A stretch of 61,970 nucleotides of DNA, the filler included, from Myxococcota bacterium (GTDB lineage: Bacteria > Myxococcota > Myxococcia > Myxococcales > Myxococcaceae), in assembly GCA_049322255.1 (NCBI GenBank). It is 4 parts of 4 records of this genome, joined end to end, with 100 filler letters (N's around TTAATTAATTAA, not from the genome) between each part and the next. Parts side by side here need not be neighbours in the genome. Positions count along the whole stretch, not along the records: positions 1 to 15,595 come from JBMORE010000098.1; 3 more parts are not named here. One strand, written 5' to 3'. The stretch's first letter is position 1; every line of letters starts with the position of its first letter. A model generated the notes under the pieces. That model ran no database searches and was not told the DNA's origin. It saw only the letters and a program-made list of their open reading frames with translations. Positions 1-8,515 of the stretch are shown in pieces. The translations under genes were made by a program, and so were the position numbers.

Positions 1-1454
1 AGTTGGTAGCCGGACGTCGTCTTGGCAGCCAGCTCGACCTTCACGTCGTCGAGCTCGGAGACGGGCACGTGCTCGGCCAGCTCCACCTCGGCGGTGCGCG
101 GCCCGTAGTTGGCGAGCTCGAAACGGTACCCATAGCGAAAGCGCCTATTGCCTCCGAAGAGGCCGGTGTCGCGCTGGACCTCCTCGAGCACCACCCGCGC
201 CACCCGCAATTTTTCTTCGATGCCGAAGGTGAGCTGAAAGGCGCCTCCCTGGGGTACGCGCTCCAGGGGAGTACGAGCGATGAAGGCCCCTTGGCGAAAG
301 GCATCCAGCGGGCCAGGCAGGAGTGGATACGGAGCGGCGTTGGAAAGCTCGGCCACCCGAAAGACGAAGGGCAACAGCTTGGGCACCGCCCGGTAGGAAA
401 AGCGTGCCCGTAAGAGCACCTTGCCCACGAACAGCCGCACCGGAGCGCCATCGCCGGGGACGTCGGCCGCCTCGGGCACTGAAAGCTGCACCGACAGCCC
501 CTGCCCGCGCGCGCGCAGCCCCTCCTCGCCGGGGGCCGCCAAGGCGTCGGCCGCCATCGCGTGCTCCACTTTCTCGTCGCGGCGCACGAGGACCTTCTTC
601 TCCTCCTCCCGCTTTTCCGCGTAGACCCTCAACGGCCGCAGCTCGGGAGGAGTGGCGTTTTGCGAAGGCACGGCGGTGGAGAGAATCAGCTCCGCCCTCG
701 TCCAGTCCTCACCGGTGGCCTGGGAAACCGTGGCGAAGGTGGACAGCGCCACCCTCCCCTCGCTCTCCTCGGCGCGCGCCTCGTACGCCGGCTGCCAGGA
801 AGCTCCCCCCACCAAGTAGGTCAGCTCCACCTGGGCCGAGTTTCCCGCGGGACAGCTCATCAGCACCTCGGCGTACAGCTCGCGCCGCTGCGCGGCCGCC
901 GAAAGGCGTGTCATCTTTCGGCGCAAGTCCTCGAGCTGATACGAAAGCTGCCGCAGCTCGGCGTCCACCCGGGTGGCCTCCAGCGCCGCTTGGCGCCTGG
1001 CTTCGTACGAAACATCGAAGGCCGCGCCCCACGCCTTCACATCCGGCTTGGGCTCGGTCATCTCCCGTGAGACCAGCGACACGGCGACGTCGGCGAAGCT
1101 GCCTCCCAGCCGGGCGCCTCCTTGCGCACGCTCCTTCTCGTCGCGCAGCACCGCCGCTTCCAGCTCGAGCTTCTTCACCTGCGTCTCCAGGGCTGAGAGC
1201 TCGGGGGCGTACAGCTCCTGTCGAGTACGGACCTCGGTGCGTAGGCCCTCCAAAGTTCCACCCCGCACGCGGGCACGCACGCTTGCGGGCTCGGCCGCGG
1301 GAGGAATCTGCCCGAAGGCGACGGCGCGCGGCTGGGCGGTGCAGGTCACCTTCTCGGCACGCGTCACCTGAGCGCGGTCGGGGTAAACCACCACCTGAGC
1401 AATTTTCGGTGGCGGCGGCGCAGCAAAAAGGAGCGCAAGGACGAGGCAGCTCAT
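1..1454 (-). CDS. DUF4140/DUF4139 (mucoidy inhibitor MuiA-like) protein, 3' end runs off the window
   Basis: Not in the ORF track (no stop in window). Read manually: ATG at 1454 with GGAGGAG RBS, MSCLVLALLFAAPPPPKIAQVVVYPDRAQVTR (DUF4140-type start); the same frame at the window edge reads YRFELANYGPRTAEVELAEHVPVSELDDVKVEL (DUF4139-type end). Confidence 0.85.
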   Translation of the reverse strand, partial: MSCLVLALLFAAPPPPKIAQVVVYPDRAQVTRAEKVTCTAQPRAVAFGQIPPAAEPASVRARVRGGTLEGLRTEVRTRQELYAPELSALETQVKKLELEAAVLRDEKERAQGGARLGGSFADVAVSLVSREMTEPKPDVKAWGAAFDVSYEARRQAALEATRVDAELRQLSYQLEDLRRKMTRLSAAAQRRELYAEVLMSCPAGNSAQVELTYLVGGASWQPAYEARAEESEGRVALSTFATVSQATGEDWTRAELILSTAVPSQNATPPELRPLRVYAEKREEEKKVLVRRDEKVEHAMAADALAAPGEEGLRARGQGLSVQLSVPEAADVPGDGAPVRLFVGKVLLRARFSYRAVPKLLPFVFRVAELSNAAPYPLLPGPLDAFRQGAFIARTPLERVPQGGAFQLTFGIEEKLRVARVVLEEVQRDTGLFGGNRRFRYGYRFELANYGPRTAEVELAEHVPVSELDDVKVELAAKTTSGYQ

Positions 1455-1466
1455 TTCGCTCTCCTC

Positions 1467-3344
1467 CTACTGGTGCATGCGCCAGCCTTTGGGCCGGCGG
1501 ATGGAATAGGTGAACGACACCGTCGACTTCTTCGAAGGCGGCAGATGGATGCGCCACTCGAGCGAGCCCTTCACGGGGTCCTGAATGGCGTAGGGCTTGG
1601 TCTGAAGCAGCTTCACCTCCACGTCCTTGTCGTCGGTGACTGGCCACTGGTCGATGATGCGCACCGGCACGCTCTGGGAATAGGGGTTGGCCAGCTCGAT
1701 GGTCACCACGTACTCGGTGACGTCGTCCTTGCCGATGACACCCTTCTCCGCGGTGACCTGCCGCACGTTGCGCACCGGCTTGAGGGCGCGGTCGAGGCCC
1801 AAGGGCAAGGTGAACGCCTCGCCCGGGGACACCAGCTTCAGCCTGGCGCTGCCCGCGGGGTCGGCGCCCACGAAGAGGTTGGCGTTGCCGCCGGGGAGCG
1901 GATTTTTCGAGGGGCTCTTGAGCTCCGCGACCAGGAAGGCTTCCGAAGCCAGCGCAGGGAATACCTTGCGCTCCACTGCCACCGGCCAGCGCTCGGAGAA
2001 GAGCGCCACCTTTCGTGCCCCCTTGCCGCTGGCGATGGTCTCCTTGCGCAAGGAGTCGTAGACCAAGTCGTATCCGCCGGCGAGGGACACCGGCAGCTCC
2101 GGCCCATAGGAGGGCCGTTGGTAGGCGCGCGGCGGCGCGAGGCTCATTTGCGGAGCGAGCTCCCCCGACACCTCCAACCCACCCAAAGATAGGTTCGTGA
2201 TGATTTGAGTTTCCGCCATCGACTCCTCGGGCTCGGCCATCGCCGCGGGAGGTGGAGCGGACGGAGCACCGCGCATGGTTTTCTTCTGTGGCGCTTCTTT
2301 GCGCATCCTGCCCGGCATCGGCGGAGGCGCGGGGGGAGGCGCCTCTGCCCTCACTGCTGACTCGTACTCCACGCCCGACACTGAGCCGGAGACCTTGGCG
2401 AAAAGCCGCGCGCGCAACACCTCGCCCTCCGCGACCGGCTTGGGCAGCGGCGAGGCAGGGGGTGGGGCGGCGATGTACTCGGGCATCGGCTGCGGCGTGG
2501 GAACGAAGCGGTCGCGCTCGCCGATTTTCCACGCGAGGAGCTTGGGAGCGACGGTGGCGGTGGCAGGCACCGCGGTGGAAAGGGTGAGCGCGGCGTTCTC
2601 CCAATCTTCTCCCGTCTCCTGGCTCACCAACCCACCGAAGGACACCTGCACCTGGTTCGTCCCCGGGTCGAGGGCGAGGTCGTACACCGGAAACCAGCGC
2701 GCGCGACCGACGCGGTAGGAGAGCTGCACGCGCGTCGGACCGCTGCCGACGACGGTGGGGCTGACCTTCCACCCACGCCGCCGCGCCGCCCCGCCGAGCA
2801 GCTGCGCTTTTTCGGCGAGCACCTGGCGCTGTTGTTGAAGCGTGCCCAGCCGCTCGTCGAGCTCCCGCTCCTTGGCCTGCAGCTTGGCGGCCTGCCCGGT
2901 GGCAAAGGAGAGGGCCGCGCTCCAGCCGCCGGCGTTGAGCTTGGGCGGGGCCCGGAGCAGCTCCTCCGGGGGAGCGACCGGCTGGAGCTTCTTCAAGTTG
3001 GCCAGCGTCTGCTGCACCGCGGCGCGCTCACCCTTGGCGGCGGCCAGCTGGTCGTCGAGGGCCCCCAGCTCGTCGAGGAGCCGACGCGCCTCTCCCACTG
3101 GCAGCTCGGCATCATCGAGGGGGAAGATGTCCACCTTGCGCACTTCGCCGCCACTGACCTCGACGCGGATGGAGCTTGCATCCACCGCGTCGAGCAAGGG
3201 CGGCAGCTCCAGCTTTTGCACCCCGGAGAGCGACACCTGCGCGGTGCGGGTCACCCGGGCCTGGTCGCTGTAGACGGTGACGTGGGTGACTGGAGCATCG
3301 AGGGCGCCCCACAGGGCGAGCAACACAGGGACGGCAGCTGTCAT
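1467..3344 (-). CDS. DUF4140/DUF4139 (MuiA-like) exported protein
   Basis: Signal-like N-terminus, VTVYSDQARVTR, coiled coil, SQETGEDWENAALTLSTA, Pro-rich linker, C-terminal IELANPY..VRIIDQWPV..LEWRIHL. Confidence 0.85.
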   Translation of the reverse strand: MTAAVPVLLALWGALDAPVTHVTVYSDQARVTRTAQVSLSGVQKLELPPLLDAVDASSIRVEVSGGEVRKVDIFPLDDAELPVGEARRLLDELGALDDQLAAAKGERAAVQQTLANLKKLQPVAPPEELLRAPPKLNAGGWSAALSFATGQAAKLQAKERELDERLGTLQQQRQVLAEKAQLLGGAARRRGWKVSPTVVGSGPTRVQLSYRVGRARWFPVYDLALDPGTNQVQVSFGGLVSQETGEDWENAALTLSTAVPATATVAPKLLAWKIGERDRFVPTPQPMPEYIAAPPPASPLPKPVAEGEVLRARLFAKVSGSVSGVEYESAVRAEAPPPAPPPMPGRMRKEAPQKKTMRGAPSAPPPAAMAEPEESMAETQIITNLSLGGLEVSGELAPQMSLAPPRAYQRPSYGPELPVSLAGGYDLVYDSLRKETIASGKGARKVALFSERWPVAVERKVFPALASEAFLVAELKSPSKNPLPGGNANLFVGADPAGSARLKLVSPGEAFTLPLGLDRALKPVRNVRQVTAEKGVIGKDDVTEYVVTIELANPYSQSVPVRIIDQWPVTDDKDVEVKLLQTKPYAIQDPVKGSLEWRIHLPPSKKSTVSFTYSIRRPKGWRMHQ

Positions 3345-4825
3345 GTACCTCTCCGGCTCGCTGAGACGCTCGAGGCCTCACCCGCCGTTCCCAGGTGTGC
3401 ATGCACTTCCTTGAGGAGCACCTCGCGCCCGCCCGACTTCTGGATGTAGCCGTTGGCGCCGCAGCTTTCGGCGCGCGCCTTCAGCTCCGGCTCGGGCAGG
3501 TCGGAGAAGAGGAGCACCGGGATGGACGGTGCCACCCCGTGCTGGCGGACGATTTTCGCCACCACGTCGCCGGTGACCACCGGCATGGAGACGTCGAGGA
3601 GCAAAAGGTCGGGCTGCTCGACACGAACGACCTTGGCCACCCCCAGCGGGTTGTCGAGCGCCAGCACCTCGAACCCGGCGCTCTCCAGCGCCAGGCGGGT
3701 GGTGCTGAGCACCACCTGGCTGTCATCGACGACGAGAATGCGCCGACGTTTGCTCCGCACGGGCAAGGATACGGCCTCCTCCGCGTCCGCCCGGGCGTAG
3801 GCGCGCAAGGTGGGCGCAATCTCGGACAGCGGGAGCACCAGGTCGACCGCGTTGCGCTCCACCGCGGCCATCGGCATGCCGTACACCGCCGAAGTCTTCT
3901 CGTCCTGCGCGATGGTGACCGCCCCCGCATCGTGCAGCGCCTTCAGCCCCTCGGCACCGTCGACTCCCATGCCGGTGAGCAGCACCCCCACCGAGCGCGC
4001 GCCGTAGGACGCCGCCATCGTGTGGAACAGGCGATCGACCGAGGGGACGTGAAAGGCCTCGGGGGTGGCCGCCACCAACCGCAGAAAACCCTCTCGCACC
4101 TCCAACTCCACCTTGGCGGGAGCGATGGACACCTCCCCAGCGTGGAGCGGCTGCCGGTGCTCCGCCATGCGCACAACCAGCGGAGTCTGCTTGCCCAGCC
4201 AGTGAACGAAGCTTTCTTGGAACTGCGCATCGATGTGCTGCACCAGCACCACCGGCAAGGGAAAGTCGGCCGGCAGGTGACTCAGCACCTCGGCGATGGC
4301 CTTGGGGCCGCCCGTGGAGGCGCCGATGCCCACCAAGGCCGGCTTCCATCCCTTTTCTCTCCCGGTCGGAGTCGGGAGAGGCGCCGGGGTACGGGTGCGG
4401 GGCACCGCTTCGCCCACCCCCATCCGTACCCTCACCAAATTGCGCACCCGCGCCACCAAATCGGCCGGCGTGGTGCCTCCGTGGGTCCAGGAGGTTGGCT
4501 TGGTCACCAGATCGAGCGCACCCACGGAGAGCGCGGCAAAGGTCATGTCCACCCCGTCGACGCGCGGGCGATCGGTGACCACCAGGACGGGCGTGGGCCG
4601 GTGGCGCATGATCCAATCGATTGCCTCCAGGCCGCCCATGCGCGGCATCTGCAGGTCCATCGTCACCAGCGAGGGCCGCAGGGCCTCCACCATTTGAGTG
4701 GCCTCGAGCCCGTCCTCCGCCTCTCCCACGACCTCGAAGTCGCTCTCGCGCTCCAGCACCCCACGGAGCGCCGCGCGGCAGATGGCCGAATCATCGACGA
4801 TGAGAATGCGCGTGCGACCAGCCAT
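3341..4825 (-). CDS. cheB: Chemotaxis methylesterase CheB with an extra C-terminal receiver domain (REC-CheB-REC)
   Basis: N-terminal REC (IVDD, MDLQMP, TKP); methylesterase triad motifs GASTGG, VQHI, LTGMGVDGAEG; second REC (VVDD, LDVSMP, IQKS). Confidence 0.9.
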   Translation of the reverse strand: MAGRTRILIVDDSAICRAALRGVLERESDFEVVGEAEDGLEATQMVEALRPSLVTMDLQMPRMGGLEAIDWIMRHRPTPVLVVTDRPRVDGVDMTFAALSVGALDLVTKPTSWTHGGTTPADLVARVRNLVRVRMGVGEAVPRTRTPAPLPTPTGREKGWKPALVGIGASTGGPKAIAEVLSHLPADFPLPVVLVQHIDAQFQESFVHWLGKQTPLVVRMAEHRQPLHAGEVSIAPAKVELEVREGFLRLVAATPEAFHVPSVDRLFHTMAASYGARSVGVLLTGMGVDGAEGLKALHDAGAVTIAQDEKTSAVYGMPMAAVERNAVDLVLPLSEIAPTLRAYARADAEEAVSLPVRSKRRRILVVDDSQVVLSTTRLALESAGFEVLALDNPLGVAKVVRVEQPDLLLLDVSMPVVTGDVVAKIVRQHGVAPSIPVLLFSDLPEPELKARAESCGANGYIQKSGGREVLLKEVHAHLGTAGEASSVSASRRGT

Positions 4826-4840
4826 GGAATCTTGCGAAGG

Positions 4841-5596
4841 CTACTCCCCTAGGTAGGCCTTACGCACCTCCGGACGCGCGAGCAGCTCTTTGCCCGGCCC
4901 GGCCATCACCACCTCCCCCGTCTCCAGCACGTACCCGTAATGTGCCATCGACAGCGCCAGGTGGGCGTTCTGCTCCACCAGAAGAATGGAGACACCCTTC
5001 TCGTTCACCTCGCGCAAGATGCGGAAGATGGTCTGCACCACCTGCGGCGCCAGCCCCAGGGAAGGCTCGTCGAGGAGGAGCAGCTTGGGGCGCGACATGA
5101 GCGCCCGCGAGATGGCGAGCATCTGCTGCTCTCCTCCCGAAAGCGTGCCCGCCATCTGGCGCCGGCGCGCCTTCAAGACCGGAAAGAGCGCGAAGCACTG
5201 GTCCAAATCGCGTTCCATCTCTGCGCGGTCGCGTCGAAGGTACGCGCCGAGGTCCAAGTTCTCCTGCACGGTGAGGTTCAAGAAGACGCCGCGCCCTTCT
5301 GGAGCGTGAGCCATGCCCTTGGGCACGAGGAGGTTTGCCTTGGTACCGGTGACGTCCGCTCCCCCCAACCGGACGTTTCCCGCGGTGGGCCGAAGCATGC
5401 CGCTCACCGCGCGTAAGGTGCTGGTCTTGCCTGCTCCGTTGGCCCCGATGAGCGCCACCACCTCGGCCTTGCCCACGGTGAGCGACACCCCTCGGAGCGC
5501 CTTGATGGCTCCGTAGGCTACGTGCAGCCCCTTCACCTCCAACAGCGCTTCACGCGTCGCCCGCTCGCCGATGACTTGCAGGCTTGTCTCACTCAC
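4841..5596 (-). CDS. livF: Branched-chain amino acid ABC transporter ATP-binding subunit
   Basis: GANGAGKTS, LSGGEQQMLAISRALM, LLLDEPSLGLAP, EVRKAYLGE. GTG start at 5596 overlaps the livG stop; the ORF-track upstream extension is spurious. Confidence 0.92.
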   Translation of the reverse strand: MSETSLQVIGERATREALLEVKGLHVAYGAIKALRGVSLTVGKAEVVALIGANGAGKTSTLRAVSGMLRPTAGNVRLGGADVTGTKANLLVPKGMAHAPEGRGVFLNLTVQENLDLGAYLRRDRAEMERDLDQCFALFPVLKARRRQMAGTLSGGEQQMLAISRALMSRPKLLLLDEPSLGLAPQVVQTIFRILREVNEKGVSILLVEQNAHLALSMAHYGYVLETGEVVMAGPGKELLARPEVRKAYLGE

Positions 5597-6552
5597 GGCG
5601 CCACTCCCGCCCTGTCCGCACCGCTGGCCGGGTGCGCCTCGCCCAGGTACGCCTCGACCACCTTGGGGTTGGAACGCACCTCTTCCGGAGAGCCGACGGC
5701 GATGGTCTCTCCGTGGTCGAGCACGGTGATTTTCTCGCAGATGCCCATCACCAGCTTCATGTCGTGCTCGATGACCAGGATGCCCAGGCCGAACTGGTCG
5801 CGCAGCTTTCGGATCAACACCATCAGATCCGCTTTCTCCTTGGTGTTCATCCCCGCCGCGGGCTCGTCGAGCAACAAGACCTTGGGCCGGGTACCCAGCG
5901 CGCGGGCAATCTCCAACCGTCGCTGTTCGCCGTAGGGAAGATTCTTTGCCTCCTCGTCGCGGCGGTGCGAAAGGCCCATCACCGCCAGTAGCTCTTCGGC
6001 GTGGCGGGTGATTTCCTTCTCCTCTCGCTGAAACCCCGGGGTGAGAAAGAGCGCCCGCCACCAGTCGACGTAGTTGTTCGCCGCGTCGAGCAGGTTGCCG
6101 GCAACGTTGGCCACGCCCCCTCCCGCCCGCAAATGTTCGATGGTCTGCGCCCGAAACCACGGGTGGCTCTCGGCCAAACAAGCCACCTTCACGTTGTCGA
6201 GCGCGGTGAGGGCCTTGAAGAGACGAATGTTTTGAAAGGTGCGCGCCAACCCCAGGCGGTTGATTTGGTGCGGTAGCTTGCCGTTCACCCGCTGGTGGCC
6301 GACGAAGACGTCTCCCGAGGTGGGCCGGTACACCCCGGTGAGCACGTTGAAAGCCGTGGTCTTCCCCGCGCCATTGGGGCCGATGAGACCCTGCAAGTCT
6401 CCCTGGCGAATCTCCAGCTCGAACCCGGAGAGCGCGCGCAGGCCGCCGAACTGAATGCTGACGCGGTGCGCCTTCAGCAACGCGGCGGCCCCCTCTCCCT
6501 CTGGGAGAGGGTGGGGGTGAGGGGCGCCAGCACCGGCGTCAGCGCCACTCAA
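5593..6552 (-). CDS. livG: Branched-chain amino acid ABC transporter ATP-binding subunit
   Basis: GPNGAGKTT, ARTFQNIRLF, LPYGEQRRLEIARAL, LLDEPAAGMN, IEHDMKLVM. TTG start at 6552 inferred from overlap with the livM stop. Confidence 0.9.
   Translation of the reverse strand: MSGADAGAGAPHPHPLPEGEGAAALLKAHRVSIQFGGLRALSGFELEIRQGDLQGLIGPNGAGKTTAFNVLTGVYRPTSGDVFVGHQRVNGKLPHQINRLGLARTFQNIRLFKALTALDNVKVACLAESHPWFRAQTIEHLRAGGGVANVAGNLLDAANNYVDWWRALFLTPGFQREEKEITRHAEELLAVMGLSHRRDEEAKNLPYGEQRRLEIARALGTRPKVLLLDEPAAGMNTKEKADLMVLIRKLRDQFGLGILVIEHDMKLVMGICEKITVLDHGETIAVGSPEEVRSNPKVVEAYLGEAHPASGADRAGVAP
6489..6524. repeat. REP-like palindromic element, copy 1 (inside the predicted livG 5' coding region)
   Basis: CCCTCTCCC-TCT-GGGAGAGGG hairpin plus TGGGGGTGAGGGG tail; reads PHPHPLPEGEG in the livG frame. 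Confidence 0.75.
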
Positions 6553-7568
6553 CTCTCCCCCTCCTGAGGCGCCGTGGGCAACCGCCGGGCCCACTTGGGC
6601 ATCACCTCCCAAATCTCCTTGGTGCCGAACAGCCCCTGCGGCCGCACCAGCATCAGCACCACCAGCAAAAGGCCGTACACCGGCATGCGCACCTGGTCGA
6701 CCTTCGACGCATCGACGGCGCCGATTTCCTTGAAGAGCGAGCGCAGCCCCTCGGGGAGCAAGGTGAGGAACACCGCGGCGACGATGGAGCCGGTGGTCGA
6801 CCCCAGCCCGCCGGCGACAATCATCACCACCACCTCCATCGACTTCACGAAGGTGAAGGAGCCGGGATTGATGATGGGGACGAAGTGAGCGAACAGCCCT
6901 CCCGCCACCCCGGCGAAGAACGAGGAGACGACGAAGGCCCGCACCTTGTAGCCGGTGGTGTTGACGCCCATCGCCTCGGCGGCCACCTCGTCTTCACGAA
7001 TCGCCCACAGCGAGCGGCCGTGGGAGGAGCCGGCGATGCGCCGCGCCACCAGCACGGTCAAGAACGCCCAGAGCCACACCATGTAGAAGGAGGACCACTG
7101 CGGAATGCCGCTGATACCCAGCGCCCCGCCCAGCGCCGGCGTGTTTTGAATGATGACGCGGATGATTTCTCCGAAGCCCAAGGTGACGATGGCCAAGTAG
7201 TCGCCCTTGAGGCGCAACGAGGGCAACCCGACCAGAAACCCGCACAGCGCCGCCGCGGCTCCTCCGATGAGCAGCGCGCTCAAGAACATCAGCTGGTCGC
7301 TCACTGCGTGGGGAATTCCCGAGATGGCCAGCTCCTTCACTTCGAAAGAGAACTTCCCGGCGATGTACGCCCCCACCGCCATGAACCCGGCGTGCCCGAT
7401 GGAGAACTGCCCGGTCATGCCGTTCACGATGTTCAAGGACACCGCGAGGATGATGTTCACCCCCACCAGCGAGGAGAGGTAGACGAAGAAGGGCATCTCG
7501 CCCAAGACGAGCTGCAAAAGCGCCAGCATCAGGGCGGCCACGATGACCGGGAGCGCGCCGCGCAGCAT
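6549..7568 (-). CDS. livM: Branched-chain amino acid ABC transporter permease
   Basis: GQFSIGHAGFMAVGAY, LRLKGDYLAIVTLGFGEIIR, AIREDEVAAEAMGVN; ATG at 7568. Confidence 0.92.
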   Translation of the reverse strand: MLRGALPVIVAALMLALLQLVLGEMPFFVYLSSLVGVNIILAVSLNIVNGMTGQFSIGHAGFMAVGAYIAGKFSFEVKELAISGIPHAVSDQLMFLSALLIGGAAAALCGFLVGLPSLRLKGDYLAIVTLGFGEIIRVIIQNTPALGGALGISGIPQWSSFYMVWLWAFLTVLVARRIAGSSHGRSLWAIREDEVAAEAMGVNTTGYKVRAFVVSSFFAGVAGGLFAHFVPIINPGSFTFVKSMEVVVMIVAGGLGSTTGSIVAAVFLTLLPEGLRSLFKEIGAVDASKVDQVRMPVYGLLLVVLMLVRPQGLFGTKEIWEVMPKWARRLPTAPQEGES

Positions 7569-7570
7569 GG

Positions 7571-8515
7571 CTACACCTTCTCCGCGGTGACCCGGCCGAA
7601 GAGCCCCTCCGGCCGCACGAGCAAAACCACGATGAGAAAGCCGAAGGCCACCGCGTCGCGCCAGCTGGAGGCGGTGTAGCCGACGACGAACTCCTCGCAC
7701 AGGCCAAGCAAGAGCGCCCCCACCACCGCCCCGGGGACGTTGCCGATGCCTCCAATCACCGCGGCCACGAAGGCTTTCAGGCCCACGTACAGGCCCATGA
7801 GCGGCTGCACCGCGGTGTCCTTGATGGCGTAAAGCAGCCCCGCACCGGCCGCGAGCGCGCTGCCCAGCATGAAGGTGCCGGCGATGATCCGATCGACAGG
7901 AATGCCCATCAGCGCCGCAGTGCGGTGGTCGAAGCTCACCGCCCGCATCGCCTTGCCGAAGCGGGTGAAGTACACGAGCAGCTGCAGCCCCACCATCAAG
8001 AGCACGGCGATGAGAAAGGAGATGACCTGCCAGTTCCAGATGACCACCTCGCGGTCTCCCACCACCAGCCACTCGGTGGGAGAAATGACCTCGAAAAAGG
8101 CGCGCGGCGCGGCTCCGGGAAGCAAGGTGAGCGCCCTTCCTCCCACGTTGACAGTGAGGTCGAGCTGGAAGCCGTAAGAGAGCGCGAAGGAGATGCCGAT
8201 GGCGGTGATCAGCGCGGTGAGGCGAGGTTTTTCGCGCAAGGGCCGGTAGGCGAAGCGCTCGATGAAAAAGCCCAAGAGGGCGCACAAACCCAAGGCGAGG
8301 AGGAAGATGAGCGCCACCCCCCACAGCGAGGTCCGCGCCTGCCCCAGGGTGAAGGCCACCGCGTAGCCGGCGTAGACCCCTACCATCATCACGTCGCCGT
8401 GGGCGAAGTTGATGAGCTTCAAGACTCCGTAAACCATCGTGTAGCCCAGCGCGACCAGGGCGTAGATGGTGCCGGCGGCGAGCCCGTTGATGACGTGCTG
8501 GAAGAAGTCGGACAT
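7571..8515 (-). CDS. livH: Branched-chain amino acid ABC transporter permease
   Basis: YALVALGYTMVYGVLKLINFAHGD, GLKAFVAAVIGGIGN, VRPEGLFG. Confidence 0.93.
   Translation of the reverse strand: MSDFFQHVINGLAAGTIYALVALGYTMVYGVLKLINFAHGDVMMVGVYAGYAVAFTLGQARTSLWGVALIFLLALGLCALLGFFIERFAYRPLREKPRLTALITAIGISFALSYGFQLDLTVNVGGRALTLLPGAAPRAFFEVISPTEWLVVGDREVVIWNWQVISFLIAVLLMVGLQLLVYFTRFGKAMRAVSFDHRTAALMGIPVDRIIAGTFMLGSALAAGAGLLYAIKDTAVQPLMGLYVGLKAFVAAVIGGIGNVPGAVVGALLLGLCEEFVVGYTASSWRDAVAFGFLIVVLLVRPEGLFGRVTAEKV

Noticed and set aside
709..2772. 687-aa minus-strand ORF and 396-aa plus-strand ORF (323-1513)
   Set aside because: Arg/Pro/Ala-rich off-frame readings over the two DUF4139 genes.
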